A stretch of 64,000 bases of DNA, taken from the NCBI GenBank assembly GCA_050298055.1, contig JBNKTL010000002.1, forward strand, positions 96,001 to 160,000, read 5' to 3'. Below are positions 51,203 through 61,818 of the stretch, in pieces. Position 1 is the stretch's first letter; the number at the start of each line of letters is the position of its first letter. This DNA is from Spirochaetota bacterium. GTDB lineage: Bacteria > Spirochaetota > UBA4802 > UBA5550. A program made the position numbers and the translations under genes. Below the pieces are notes generated by a model. The model did no database searches. It saw only the letters and a list, made by a program, of their open reading frames with translations, and had not been told where the DNA came from.

Positions 51203-53248
51203 GTGAAATTCGGATCGAAGAAAGAAAGAGAAAGACCGCTTCCCGTTGATGATGAAGAAGTCCTTCGGAAAAACAGGATACAGGGTATCGAGTCACTGGA
51301 ACAAAAAGGATCGGGGATAAAAAAGCCCATTATCATCCTCTCCTCACTCGTTGCGCTAACAGTCATTACAATACTCATCCTGATAAATTTCTTTTATAAA
51401 AAACCGGAAGGATTCAGCCCGAAAAAAACTGACAAGGCAGATGAGAAGATTACATTTGACGCCGCCAGGACCAACATTCCCCCCGAAACAGAAAACGAGC
51501 AGATAAAAAAGGGAATTGAAAGCTATTCAAAGGGTTATCTCACCGATGCAGTTTCGGAATTCAATGAGGTTGTGGAGTCCGATGCAAACGATAAAGACAA
51601 GGCAACAGCTCTCACCTACCTGGGAATGATAGCTGACGGCAAAGGGGAGTATGATAAAGCCATTGAATTCTTTAACAGGGCAAAGGTCTATAACAAGACC
51701 CATCCGGCAATCTACATGAACATGGCAATTGCCCACCGGCATAAAAAGGAATTTGCAAAAGCCCTTAAGAATGCCGAGAAATCCCTTTCTCTTAAACCGG
51801 GTGATATCAATACGATGCTTCTGCTGGGAAACATCTACTTTGAGCTGGGAAAGTATAAGGATGCCGCCAGGGTTTACTCTGATGCCCTGAAGCTCTCTCC
51901 CGAAAATCCTTCCCTTCTTTTTAATATGGGTGCATCCATGGCAAAGACCGGTGATGAATTTGCCGCTGCGGAGTACTTCAAGAAAGCCGGTTTATCCGAC
52001 AGTTCCGGGGAGATCGCATACAGGGCCTATTCACGGCTCGGGATAATCTATACAGAAAGAAACCAGTATGACCAGGCTGTTGATTACCTGAAAAAAGCAT
52101 CCGCCCTCAGACCGGGTGACCCGGTAAGCAGATACAACCTGGGAATTGCCTACCTGAAACAGAACAGGAAGAACGAAGCCCTTGCCGAGCTTGAAAAGGC
52201 CGAAGAGCTTGGAAGCAAAGACAGTGAAATGGTTGAAAAGATCGGCGAGGCATATTTCTCACTCAACGATTATGACAGGAGCCTCAAAACATACAACTCT
52301 CTCCTGAAAACAAGAAAAAGGAATGTAAAAATACTGTCAAGGATTGGCGAACTCTACTATAAAAAAGGTGAATTGGACAGAGCCTACAATATTTATCGGA
52401 AGATAACAGAGTTCGAACCTGCAACAGAGAATGCCAGGATGGCGTACCTCAACATGGGGAACATTATGGATGATGCCGCCAGGTATGAGGACGCAATAAA
52501 AGCATATGAAAAAGCCATGACAATAAGCCCCAGGGACGCGTCCGCGCATTACAACCTCGGGATTGCCTACAAACACGCAGGGAAACCTGAACGCGCCATA
52601 AGGTCTTGGCAGGAATCCGCACGGCTTAATACGAAGTCACCGGCTCCTCATATTGCCATTGCCGATTACTACTATGAAAAAAAATTCTACGATCTAGCAG
52701 AAAAAGAGTTCCAGACCGTACTCAGCAGGTGGCCTGAAAACCAGGACGCACATTTCAAGATCGCCACAATCTATTATAAGAGAAACAATCCCGAATACGC
52801 GCTCAATGCCTTCAGGAAAGTAACGGAGCTTGATGAGAACAGCGAACTTGCCAGAAAGGCCATGATAAACATCGCAATTATATCATCGAGCCTGAAAAAC
52901 GACGAGGAGACCCTGGAGAAATCGGTACGGCTTGTCCAGAAGGCACTCCTGATGAAACCCGCAGACCCGCAGGCGCTTTTGTCCCTGGGTATCATCTTTT
53001 CACGGAAGGAGATGTATGACAGGGCCATAGACACATTCTACCAGGCATTGCGAAACACAAATGACAGCAGGCTTACAGGGGAGATCTACAACAATATTGG
53101 CAAAAACTACTTCAAAAAAAAGCTCTACAGAAAGTCGCTTCAGGCATTCACAAGAGGCCTTGAGGAAGATCCCACCAGCGAAGAGATCAGGATGAACAGA
53201 AAAGCCGCCATGCAGGCATATGAGACCGAGCTCTCCAAAGAGAGATGA
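51203..53248 (+). CDS. Single-TM multi-TPR protein
   Basis: One TM near the N-terminus, then continuous TPRs (YNLGIAY). Confidence 0.9.
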   Translation: MKFGSKKERERPLPVDDEEVLRKNRIQGIESLEQKGSGIKKPIIILSSLVALTVITILILINFFYKKPEGFSPKKTDKADEKITFDAARTNIPPETENEQIKKGIESYSKGYLTDAVSEFNEVVESDANDKDKATALTYLGMIADGKGEYDKAIEFFNRAKVYNKTHPAIYMNMAIAHRHKKEFAKALKNAEKSLSLKPGDINTMLLLGNIYFELGKYKDAARVYSDALKLSPENPSLLFNMGASMAKTGDEFAAAEYFKKAGLSDSSGEIAYRAYSRLGIIYTERNQYDQAVDYLKKASALRPGDPVSRYNLGIAYLKQNRKNEALAELEKAEELGSKDSEMVEKIGEAYFSLNDYDRSLKTYNSLLKTRKRNVKILSRIGELYYKKGELDRAYNIYRKITEFEPATENARMAYLNMGNIMDDAARYEDAIKAYEKAMTISPRDASAHYNLGIAYKHAGKPERAIRSWQESARLNTKSPAPHIAIADYYYEKKFYDLAEKEFQTVLSRWPENQDAHFKIATIYYKRNNPEYALNAFRKVTELDENSELARKAMINIAIISSSLKNDEETLEKSVRLVQKALLMKPADPQALLSLGIIFSRKEMYDRAIDTFYQALRNTNDSRLTGEIYNNIGKNYFKKKLYRKSLQAFTRGLEEDPTSEEIRMNRKAAMQAYETELSKER

Positions 53249-53284
53249 TACGGGTCGTACAACGGGAATGCCGGTTAACGGGAA

Positions 53285-54424
53285 ATGAAAAAAATCCACA
53301 ATCAGAATAAGCTTAACCTTGCTCCCTGGGCAGCCTCAGATGAGCACTCCCGGGGAAGAAAATTTACTGAAGATTCCCACCCCTATAGAGGTGAATATCA
53401 ACGGGACAGGGAAAGAATAATACACTCCAGGGCTTTCAGGCGCCTGGAATACAAGACACAGGTTTTTATAAACCACGAGGGAGACCACTACAGGACCCGG
53501 CTCACCCATACAATTGAGGTTTCCCAGATTGCCCGAACAATTGCCCGGGCGCTCTCTCTCAATGAAGACCTCGCGGAGAGCATTGCCCTCGCTCATGACC
53601 TGGGACATACTCCCTTCGGACATGCGGGAGAAAGGGAACTTAACGAACAGCTTTCCGGGAAGGGCGGATTTGAACATAACCGGCAGAGTCTTCGGATAGT
53701 AGAAGTCCTGGAGAAGAGTTATAGCCGGTATGACGGTTTGAACCTCACCTGGGAGACCAGGGAGGGAATAATCAAGCACTCGTCAGACTATGATAATCCG
53801 GATATTTCCAGCTACCATCCCGAGGAACAACCTGCCCTGGAAGCCCAGATCATTGACCTGGCAGATGAAATTGCATACAACAATCACGATCTTGATGACG
53901 GAATGACGTCCGGAATCCTTGTTTCCGGGGAAGTGGAAAAACTTGAAATATGGCAAATTGCATCATCTCTGAACAGAGGAAGTCTTCCCGAAAAGAAGAT
54001 CTTACAGCAGAGAGAGATTATCAGGACAATCATCAACATGCTCGTTACCGACCTTATTAATTTCACAAGCGCAAACATTACAGAGCACTCAATAATATCG
54101 TATGATGACATTAGAAAAGCAGGGGAACGAATAGCCGGATTCAGCAGTTCCATAAAAAACGCAAATCGGGAGCTGAAGGAGTTCCTCCGGGAGAGATTGT
54201 ACCGGCATTACAGGGTTGCCAGAATGACAATAAAGGCACGGAAGGTTGTCCGGGAACTCTTTGAGATATATACGGAACACCCGGATACCCTGCCTGCAGA
54301 TTACCAGGAAAGGATTCCCGGAGACGGTATACACCTTACTGCCACCGATTATATTGCAGGCATGACAGACAGGTTTGCGCTGCAGGAGCACAAAAAACTT
54401 ACAGATCCATCCATAAGGGTTTAA
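53285..54424 (+). CDS. dgt: Deoxyguanosinetriphosphate triphosphohydrolase
   Basis: RDRERIIHSRAFRRLEYKTQV, RLTH, HDLGHTPFGH, DYIAGMTD. Confidence 0.96.
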   Translation: MKKIHNQNKLNLAPWAASDEHSRGRKFTEDSHPYRGEYQRDRERIIHSRAFRRLEYKTQVFINHEGDHYRTRLTHTIEVSQIARTIARALSLNEDLAESIALAHDLGHTPFGHAGERELNEQLSGKGGFEHNRQSLRIVEVLEKSYSRYDGLNLTWETREGIIKHSSDYDNPDISSYHPEEQPALEAQIIDLADEIAYNNHDLDDGMTSGILVSGEVEKLEIWQIASSLNRGSLPEKKILQQREIIRTIINMLVTDLINFTSANITEHSIISYDDIRKAGERIAGFSSSIKNANRELKEFLRERLYRHYRVARMTIKARKVVRELFEIYTEHPDTLPADYQERIPGDGIHLTATDYIAGMTDRFALQEHKKLTDPSIRV

Positions 54425-54426
54425 AA

Positions 54427-55674
54427 ATGAAGATGAAAAAATACGTTTACTCAGTGCTGGGCCTCTCTCTCGCAGGAGCGGCAATATCAGGGATACTGCT
54501 GATCCAGCACTACTTTCCCGAAGCTGATCTGGGGATATTCTCATGTACTCTCGATGCAGATAATCCCTGCGCTGCAGTGAGCATGCCGGAATACTCTACA
54601 CTGCTGGGTCTTCCCATCGCTTCATACGGAATACTCTCTTACCTCATCTATGCTTTTACAGTTCTTCTGGCAGATTACGCCGAAGGAAAATATTTCGGGA
54701 GGGCAATTGCAATTCTCTTTCCCCTGACAGTCATCTCACTGATGGTTGACCTGGTCTTAATACTGATTCTGATAATAATAAACAAGTTCTGTTTTTTATG
54801 CTTCATAACCTATATTATTAATTCATTCCTGGTTATTACGATGATTTTATGGTACAGGGAATATGTACTGGCAAACGACCTTAATCCATCAAGTATCTAT
54901 ACAGACTTCATGGATGCCGGCGATCAACATGATATAAAAGCCGCATTCTCTTCTTACATGCTCTTCATTTTCTTCATCTCATTTGCCGTTTTCTCAACAA
55001 CCCATATATTAAAAAACAGGGCCGGAATATCGTACATAAAACAGTCCGCATTACAGAGTTTTATAAATGAATATGCCTCTACTTCCGCAGAAAAAATTGT
55101 TTTCCCCGAAACAGACATGGTAATCGGGGATAAAAATGCCGTGCTGACAATCAGGATATTTTCGGACTTCCTCTGCAGTGCGTGCTACGGATTATATAAA
55201 ACAGAAAACTATCTGCTCACAAGGTTCAGGGGCAGAATAAAATTTGCATTTTACAACTTTCCTCTGGATATGAAATGTAACAGTAATATGGATAATACCG
55301 TTTACAGGAACTCATGCCTCGCAGCAGCATCAATGGTAGCTGCAGCTGAAAAAGGAATATTCACTGCCTATCACAGGCTTCACTTTAACCATTACCTGAA
55401 CTACAGGAAAGGATATACATCAGAGAACGCACTGGAAAACCTCGATATTCTTAACTCCGGCAAAAAGGGATCAAACATAAAGAGCGGAGATTTTCAACAG
55501 GCGATGAAGTCTTCGAAAACTGCTGCAATAATAAAAAATCATACTCGCCTGGCAAAAGATGTCAAGATTAAGGCCACGCCAACTCTCTTTATCAACGGAA
55601 AAAGACTTGTTGGCGTACCCCCGAGAGAACTCCTGGAAGCAGCCATCCTTCATGAGTTAAACAGGATAAAATGA
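54427..55674 (+). CDS. VKOR-DsbA/thioredoxin fusion (disulfide formation)
   Basis: VKOR loop cysteines C..C, TM CFLC motif, thioredoxin FSDFLCSAC and ATPTLFING. Confidence 0.9.
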   Translation: MKMKKYVYSVLGLSLAGAAISGILLIQHYFPEADLGIFSCTLDADNPCAAVSMPEYSTLLGLPIASYGILSYLIYAFTVLLADYAEGKYFGRAIAILFPLTVISLMVDLVLILILIIINKFCFLCFITYIINSFLVITMILWYREYVLANDLNPSSIYTDFMDAGDQHDIKAAFSSYMLFIFFISFAVFSTTHILKNRAGISYIKQSALQSFINEYASTSAEKIVFPETDMVIGDKNAVLTIRIFSDFLCSACYGLYKTENYLLTRFRGRIKFAFYNFPLDMKCNSNMDNTVYRNSCLAAASMVAAAEKGIFTAYHRLHFNHYLNYRKGYTSENALENLDILNSGKKGSNIKSGDFQQAMKSSKTAAIIKNHTRLAKDVKIKATPTLFINGKRLVGVPPRELLEAAILHELNRIK

Positions 55675-56643
55675 TCAGAACTTGATATGGAGGTTCGGCC
55701 TGACCAGCAGCTGCCACTGGTCATCAACCTCTCTTTCCAGAGAACCGGAATATCCGCTTGCCTTGGTCTTTAATGCTCCTACACCCACAGATAATGTTAC
55801 ATTTTCCCCAAGGACAAACTTCTTCCCGAAGAGGAAAAAATATCTGACAGTTTTTCCCTTCTGGACCCTTTTAAGATCAAAATCCACTCTTGTTTCCAAT
55901 TCGCTGTTATGGAAGAGGAACTTCCAGAGAAAGTTTATATCATGGTCAACATAGTCAATCCTGGTCCTCTTAAAGGAAATATAAAGCTTATCCCTGATCT
56001 CATCATTGTTATGCCCCTTGTACCCCAGCGCATAACTCCACGACAGGTCCCTCCTCTTCCTGATGTCTTTACCCTTGAGCTTAAGCTCAACTTCATACCA
56101 GTTATCTTTCACCATAATGTTATCCACAATATGCCTGTTCCCATAGCTGAACAGTAAACCACTGTAACCTTTGCCCGAGATCTTCTCCTCCCCCTCCTTA
56201 ACATAATCTACAACATTTCCCCAGAAAAAAGAAACTGCCCAGGGTTCGGGAAAACCGGCAGAAATTGCCTTAACCGCATTTATATTCTCCGTCAGCTGAC
56301 TGTCCCTGTAAAATTTCTCCTCGTTTTTCCTTATATAAACACCGGCAATGGGAAAAGGATACACACTGGCCTCAAAAAGAAGATACCGGGGAAGATAAAT
56401 TTTTCTTAACAGGTAGAAGTATACATATCTCTCCTTTGAATATGATTCCTTGGGTATCGGATCTTTTGTCAGGGAATAAACATATGCTACGTTTGAATAG
56501 TATGGATCCAGTTCCATAGAGGCCTGGTGTCTCCCGTCATCATCCATCTGGAAAGTTTTTTCCCAGGCAGGCAAACTGTTTTCAGCGATAATGAGGAATG
56601 CGATTATTGTAATAGTTCGGATGAGAAACCTGTTTGAAAGCAT
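55675..56643 (-). CDS. Exported hypothetical protein, possible beta-barrel
   Basis: Signal-like N-terminus; beta-rich sequence; terminal F. Confidence 0.65.
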   Translation of the reverse strand: MLSNRFLIRTITIIAFLIIAENSLPAWEKTFQMDDDGRHQASMELDPYYSNVAYVYSLTKDPIPKESYSKERYVYFYLLRKIYLPRYLLFEASVYPFPIAGVYIRKNEEKFYRDSQLTENINAVKAISAGFPEPWAVSFFWGNVVDYVKEGEEKISGKGYSGLLFSYGNRHIVDNIMVKDNWYEVELKLKGKDIRKRRDLSWSYALGYKGHNNDEIRDKLYISFKRTRIDYVDHDINFLWKFLFHNSELETRVDFDLKRVQKGKTVRYFFLFGKKFVLGENVTLSVGVGALKTKASGYSGSLEREVDDQWQLLVRPNLHIKF

Positions 56644-56891
56644 AATCTTATTATTTCTTTTTCAGAGTTATATAAAAATATGCATATAAAACAATGTGTC
56701 AAGCATTAAAAATATCCCTGAAATTATTCCTCTTAATAATAAGTGATAATTTTACTCAATTCATATGATCATTTCAAGAAATATCTTTTCCCGAATCGGA
56801 TAGAGTGGTCCTCATTTTTCACCGAAGATATAAACCATTTCAATGGATTAATATTTGACAGTCTCGCATTAATATGAATGAAATTATCATT

Positions 56892-56988
56892 GCAACTACT
56901 TAGCTATATGAATAAAATTACACGGGGGAACATACCAGCTGTGTTTTTTTGCAAATATGATTATTCTGATATATAGCTGAGTAGTAAC
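56892..56988. mobile_element. Repeat family copy E (long terminal IRs, no central palindrome)
   Basis: GCAACTACTTAGCTATAT ... ATATAGCTGAGTAGTAAC. Confidence 0.65.
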
Positions 56989-57051
56989 TTGTTATTTAAT
57001 AATGTTAAAGGAATTTTTAACAGGATCTATAACTTCAGCAGGAGCAGAGCC

Positions 57052-57861
57052 ATGAAACTTCCAATATCACTTTTACTTTTCCTGACCCTTGTATCACCCC
57101 TTCCGGCGCTGGATACCAAAACACTCTCCGAAGGAGCAGGCAGGTATATATGCGAAACAGCAAAGAACAAAAATAAAAAAATCATCGCTGTTTTTCCCTT
57201 TACTGACATGGAAGAGAAGGAAAATCCGGATACCCGAAAGGCCACAACACTGGTAATAATAAGCATCGGCACATGCCATATAAAGGTTGTGGACAAAAGC
57301 AAACTGAGCAAAATTATCAATGAGCAGTCATTGACACAGCTGGGACTCGTTGATGATGAATCTGCCCCTGAAACGGGAAAAATCCTCGGAGCAGATACCC
57401 TGATCTTCGGCAACCTGGACAGCAGGTCTCTCCAGATCAGAATTATTGATGCTACAACGGGAGAGATCCTGGGAGCCTCACACCTTGAAGGCAAAGGCGG
57501 AAAAAGCGGAGAAGCAAAACTCGAAATCAAAAGGGAAGACCCGGAAAAATCAAGGGAAAATTTCAGGGCCAGAAGGCTCAGGGAATGGGTAAAACGGGTG
57601 AGAAGAAATAAACCGGGACTGTTCCTCTATGTAACATTGAATAATAATGAATGGGAAAATTTCAGAAAAAGAAATCCGGTAAGAGCAGAAAGGATTACAG
57701 GTAAAACCGAAAGCGTCTCCCGGGAGATAAAGGAAAGGCTTGCAAAGATCAAAAATAATATTGCCCTGCTCAGGGCAAAAGACCCCGGGTTCGATAGAAT
57801 AATACGAAAAACACAGGAGAAAATACTCCGAAGAAGAGGCCCGGGGAGAGGGAGAAGGTAG
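57052..57861 (+). CDS. Exported FlgO/CsgG-like domain protein with a basic helical C-terminus
   Basis: Signal peptide; IAVFPF...VVDKSKLSKIINEQSL...GKILGAD...RIIDATTGEI. Confidence 0.8.
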   Translation: MKLPISLLLFLTLVSPLPALDTKTLSEGAGRYICETAKNKNKKIIAVFPFTDMEEKENPDTRKATTLVIISIGTCHIKVVDKSKLSKIINEQSLTQLGLVDDESAPETGKILGADTLIFGNLDSRSLQIRIIDATTGEILGASHLEGKGGKSGEAKLEIKREDPEKSRENFRARRLREWVKRVRRNKPGLFLYVTLNNNEWENFRKRNPVRAERITGKTESVSREIKERLAKIKNNIALLRAKDPGFDRIIRKTQEKILRRRGPGRGRR

Positions 57862-57876
57862 AGAGCAATTACAGCA

Positions 57877-57908
57877 AATATATCCCGGCCTCCGGACCGG
57901 GATATATT
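57877..57908. repeat. Isolated palindrome resembling the repeat centre (copy I); possible bidirectional terminator
   Basis: AATATATCCCGG-8 nt-CCGGGATATATT, preceded by CAGCAA, between convergent genes. Confidence 0.5.
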
Positions 57909-57919
57909 AATATTAAGGA

Positions 57920-58462
57920 TTATTCCCTGCTTTCAAACTTCAGTGATAATGAGTTAATGCAGTACCTGAGGCCCGTAGGGGGAGGACCGTCATTAAAAAC
58001 ATGCCCCAGGTGTCCGTCACAGACTGAACAGAGGAGCTCCTTTCTCTTCATGAAAAGAGAAAAGTCATCTTTTTCCCTGATGTTCCGTTTATCAACAGGC
58101 CGGATAAAGCTGGGCCACCCGGTCCCTGAATCATACTTGTCCTTTGAAAGAAAAAGCTCATTACCGCATGCTCTACACCTGTAAACCCCTTTTTTGTAAA
58201 ACCTGTAATATTTTCCGGTAAAGGGCCTCTCAGTTCCTTTTTTTCTGATAATGGAGTACTCGGCATCTGAGAGTTCCTTTTTCCATTCCGCATCGGACTT
58301 TACTCTTTTCAGCCTGCTGATGACTTTTCCTTTCTCAACCACCTCTACTTCACCAGCCTCACCGGCAACTGATTCTTTATTCATCGTTATATCCCATAAT
58401 TTAAATGTAAACAAACCGCCTATTACAGCTCCCAGATATTTCAAAAAACCCCGCCTTTCCAT
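57920..58462 (-). CDS. msrB: Peptide methionine-(R)-sulfoxide reductase with a twin-arginine leader
   Basis: GTERPF, CRAC/CSVC zinc sites, GWPSF, HLGHVF.DGP, RYCINS; N-terminus MERRGFLK. Confidence 0.96.
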   Translation of the reverse strand: MERRGFLKYLGAVIGGLFTFKLWDITMNKESVAGEAGEVEVVEKGKVISRLKRVKSDAEWKKELSDAEYSIIRKKGTERPFTGKYYRFYKKGVYRCRACGNELFLSKDKYDSGTGWPSFIRPVDKRNIREKDDFSLFMKRKELLCSVCDGHLGHVFNDGPPPTGLRYCINSLSLKFESRE

Positions 58463-58633
58463 AAGAGTTCTCCCTGAATGACACATTTCCCGATACTACA
58501 ATTGTTAGGAATGCATACCTGGGTCATGTTACAGACTTATAAAGATGAGAGGAGGATATGTTAAGAGTTGACAAAATAACTCCCCCTTTCATCATATTAA
58601 TCATAATTTAATAATTACATTACATGGTAAACA

Positions 58634-59404
58634 ATGAAAATATATTCATGGAACGTTAACGGCATAAGGGCCGTACAGAAAAAAGGATTTGTTGACTGGG
58701 TCCTTAAAGAGAAACCTGACATTCTCTGCCTGCAGGAAACAAAGGCAAACAGTGAACAGCTTGATGAAGAAATTTTGAATATCAATGGATATACTTCGCA
58801 CTTTCACTCCGCTGAGAAAAAGGGCTACAGCGGAGTTGCCGTCTATACCCGGGCGGAACCTGTATCTTATTCTCACGGGATAGGGATTGGAAAATATGAT
58901 GCGGAAGGCCGTGTACAGGTTCTTGATTACGGAGATTTTATGTTGATTAACGCCTACTTTCCCAACGGGCAGATGAGCGATGAGAGGCTGCAGTACAAGC
59001 TTGACTTTAACGAGGCAATGCTTGAACTCTGCAACAGCCTGGTTAAGAAAAAGAAGAATGTCATTCTCTGCGGTGATTATAACACCGCCCATAACGAAAT
59101 TGACCTGAAACACCCCAAGGCAAACGAGACGAGATCGGGTTTTCTTCCCATAGAGAGGGAATGGATAGACCGGTATATTGCAAACGGGTACATCGACACC
59201 TTCAGGGAACTCTATCCCGATACGGTCAAATACTCCTGGTGGAGTTACCGGATGAACGCCCGGAAGAGCAACGCGGGCTGGCGTATCGACTACTTTTTTG
59301 TCTCAAAGGACTTCATGAAAAATGTCAAGGATGCGCTGATACTCAATGAAGTTATGGGGTCGGACCACTGCCCCGTGGTGCTGGAGATAAGGGAAACTCT
59401 GTGA
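58634..59404 (+). CDS. xth: Exodeoxyribonuclease III / AP endonuclease
   Basis: SWNVNGIRA, LQETK, GDYNTAH, GWRIDY, SDHCP. Confidence 0.97.
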   Translation: MKIYSWNVNGIRAVQKKGFVDWVLKEKPDILCLQETKANSEQLDEEILNINGYTSHFHSAEKKGYSGVAVYTRAEPVSYSHGIGIGKYDAEGRVQVLDYGDFMLINAYFPNGQMSDERLQYKLDFNEAMLELCNSLVKKKKNVILCGDYNTAHNEIDLKHPKANETRSGFLPIEREWIDRYIANGYIDTFRELYPDTVKYSWWSYRMNARKSNAGWRIDYFFVSKDFMKNVKDALILNEVMGSDHCPVVLEIRETL

Positions 59405-59614
59405 CTTAGTCCTGTGAGAGAGGAAAAGAGAGTCAACTAAACGTTACTATTAAAAAAATTGGTGTCAGGGAATATAAATATCTTGCCGCCGATTATTACT
59501 CTTATACTGTTATTATACTGAAAAATTTACAATGTAATCTACATTAATTCTCCACTGACATCGAATGTCTGGGCTGCATGATATACAATGAAGAAAAGAT
59601 TACGATGAAATAAA

Positions 59615-59845
59615 TTATTTTAATAATCTTCTGTTAGAATCAGCTTTTCTTCTTTCACCGGTTCTCTTCTCATTCAAGTATTTCAGTTCATCAAAAACGG
59701 CATTTATTCTTTTCTCCCTGTCGGGATTTCTCCTATCACCAACTCGCCTGTCTTTATTTTCCTGAGTTTCTTTTTTCATTAAGTATACCATAGAGATAAA
59801 AACTACTATGAGAAAAATTATTACGACACATCCAATTATTACCAT
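59615..59845 (-). CDS. Small membrane protein with DRR/ERR repeats
   Basis: N-terminal TM, then DRRVGDRR and EKRTGERR. Start ATG 59845 is tentative. Confidence 0.6.
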   Translation of the reverse strand: MVIIGCVVIIFLIVVFISMVYLMKKETQENKDRRVGDRRNPDREKRINAVFDELKYLNEKRTGERRKADSNRRLLK

Positions 59846-60148
59846 AAATGCACTATCCCGATCAAATTCTTTTTTTAAAATATAATGTGATGAATCTTTT
59901 TTAGATATGATCAATAATCATTTATATTTTTTAACTTTAATATATAGAAAATTTAATAAAGTGACAAGACATAATTCAAAAAATATTTTCATTATTCTAT
60001 GGGATAGAGGACAGGGGGAAAGATAAATGAGATACTGGAAAGATCATCTCCGTAAAGGGGGCCCATAACGACCACATCCAGTTCCCAGAAAGGGTTACGG
60101 AAATTATCATGAACAGAAACAGTATACATGAATCTGTAAAAAACAACT

Positions 60149-60250
60149 TAACTACTCAGCTCTGTATAAGGATAATCACATATTCATTAAAAAAAAACTG
60201 ATATTTCAGCTAAAACATGTTAATTATTAACTCTTTAGCTGAGTAGTTAC
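60149..60250. mobile_element. Repeat family copy F (perfect 13-bp terminal IRs, centre deleted)
   Basis: TAACTACTCAGCT ... AGCTGAGTAGTTA; retains the AAAAACTGATAT flank of the missing palindrome. Confidence 0.75.
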
Positions 60251-60300
60251 AAAATAACATCATAGTTAACAGCTTATTACCGAAAAAGCTGTGAGGAAAA

Positions 60301-60573
60301 CTACTTTTTGTTTACATGGATAACACAAATATATTTTGTTTTTCCTTCTTCCTGCCTGGTTTTGCATTTTTCAGCATTATAGATGACAAATTCACCAAAA
60401 GTCTCTTTTGCAATATTTTCAGCAGAAATCATTGCCTCTTTTTCATTTGCACCAACTCCCTGTATTGTGGCGTCCGTGTTATTCTTTTTTAAGACCCTGC
60501 TTGTTGTAACACCGCCGCAGGATAGGGCCAATACGAATAAGGTGAAAAGTAAATTTTTGAAAATTTTTTTCAT
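60301..60573 (-). CDS. Small lipoprotein
   Basis: SD AGGAG; MKKIFKNLLFTLFVLALSC lipobox. Confidence 0.8.
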   Translation of the reverse strand: MKKIFKNLLFTLFVLALSCGGVTTSRVLKKNNTDATIQGVGANEKEAMISAENIAKETFGEFVIYNAEKCKTRQEEGKTKYICVIHVNKK

Positions 60574-60770
60574 TTGATGATCTCCTGAATTTTTTTACTG
60601 ACAGACTGTATATAATATGTAACACGCATAACAGATATAAGTGGAATGTCAACAATTTTCCCACATCGTTTAACGCATTTCAATTATGATTATGACAGTG
60701 ATAGATTCCAAGAAATGAAAAATCTACTGAAGAGGTGCTGCTTCCCCTAAAAAAGGCCCGGAGTAAACCT

Positions 60771-61811
60771 TTAAGATCCGTATCTTCTCCCTGACAGCTG
60801 GCCGCAGGCACCGTCAATATCCGATCCGAGACTCTTGCGGACGGATATGGGGACATTCATCTTCTCCAGTTCCGCGATAAAATTATCAACCTCATCCTGG
60901 CCGGGAACTTCAAGGAGATGGCTGCCGGGATTCAGGGGTATGAGGTTCAGTTTGATCCTGCCGTATTTGAACATCTTTTTCAGCCTCCGGGCATCACCGG
61001 GACTGATGTTATCCTTTCTCATAATATATTCGATTGTTACCCTGTTCCTTGATACGGGTAACTTTTTTTTGAGAAGGCCGGTAATTCCCGAGAAGGGATA
61101 TTTCTTTTCCACAGGCATGTTTATCATTCTCTTAGCCTGCTCAGTATCATTAAGGGATATTGCAAGATTGTAGGGCCTTTTTTCATCGATAAAGCGCTCA
61201 ATCCCGTCTGTCAGTCCCGAGGTGGAGATTGTGATCTTTCTTGCTGATATATGGAAACCGAAGGAGTAGTTCATAATATCCGCCGCCTTCAGGACATTGT
61301 CGTAGTTCCGGAAGGGTTCACCCATGCCCATGAAAACGATGTTATTATTGCGAATTCCGGTAATACGCCGGACCTGGTTAAGCTGGTCGAGGATCTCCCC
61401 TGTTTCCAGGTTTCTTTTGAAGCCGATCTTTGCCGTCTGGCAGAACCTGCATCCCATCTGGCACCCGATCTGGCTGGAGATACAGACCGTTAACCTCCCC
61501 TCCCCCGTGCCGTCATTCTTGAGAAGGACGGACTCAATGTAATTCTCATCAAGGGTTTTAAAGAGAAACTTCTCGGTGCCGTCAATCTTTGAGACAAGAT
61601 GGTCTTCAAGTTTCAGGGGTGCCAGGATGTAGTTTTCACTGAGGCCCTTCCTGAGGTCCTTTGAAAAATTTGTCATTTCGTCAAAGGATTCAATATTTTT
61701 CTCGTAAAGCCAATTGAAGAGCTGCCGGGCCCTGTAGCTCCCCTCTCCCCGTTGTGCGAATATCTCTCCGGCCTCACTGATATCAAAGTTCTTGATAATT
61801 GCCTGTGACAT
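60771..61811 (-). CDS. rlmN: Radical SAM RNA methyltransferase RlmN
   Basis: YRARQL..W, CISSQIGCQMGCRFC, MGMGEP, DIDGACGQL; ATG 61811 preferred over the overlapping ORF-track start. Confidence 0.95.
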   Translation of the reverse strand: MSQAIIKNFDISEAGEIFAQRGEGSYRARQLFNWLYEKNIESFDEMTNFSKDLRKGLSENYILAPLKLEDHLVSKIDGTEKFLFKTLDENYIESVLLKNDGTGEGRLTVCISSQIGCQMGCRFCQTAKIGFKRNLETGEILDQLNQVRRITGIRNNNIVFMGMGEPFRNYDNVLKAADIMNYSFGFHISARKITISTSGLTDGIERFIDEKRPYNLAISLNDTEQAKRMINMPVEKKYPFSGITGLLKKKLPVSRNRVTIEYIMRKDNISPGDARRLKKMFKYGRIKLNLIPLNPGSHLLEVPGQDEVDNFIAELEKMNVPISVRKSLGSDIDGACGQLSGRRYGS

Positions 61812-61818
61812 CAGCCTG

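Noticed and set aside
59459..59564. Second inverted-repeat element (TTGGTGTCAG...CTGACATCGA)
   Set aside because: Only an 8/10 match and a single copy in the window.
60771..61811. Cfr-type resistance methyltransferase
   Set aside because: MGMGEP and SSQIGC match housekeeping RlmN, and the context is chromosomal core.
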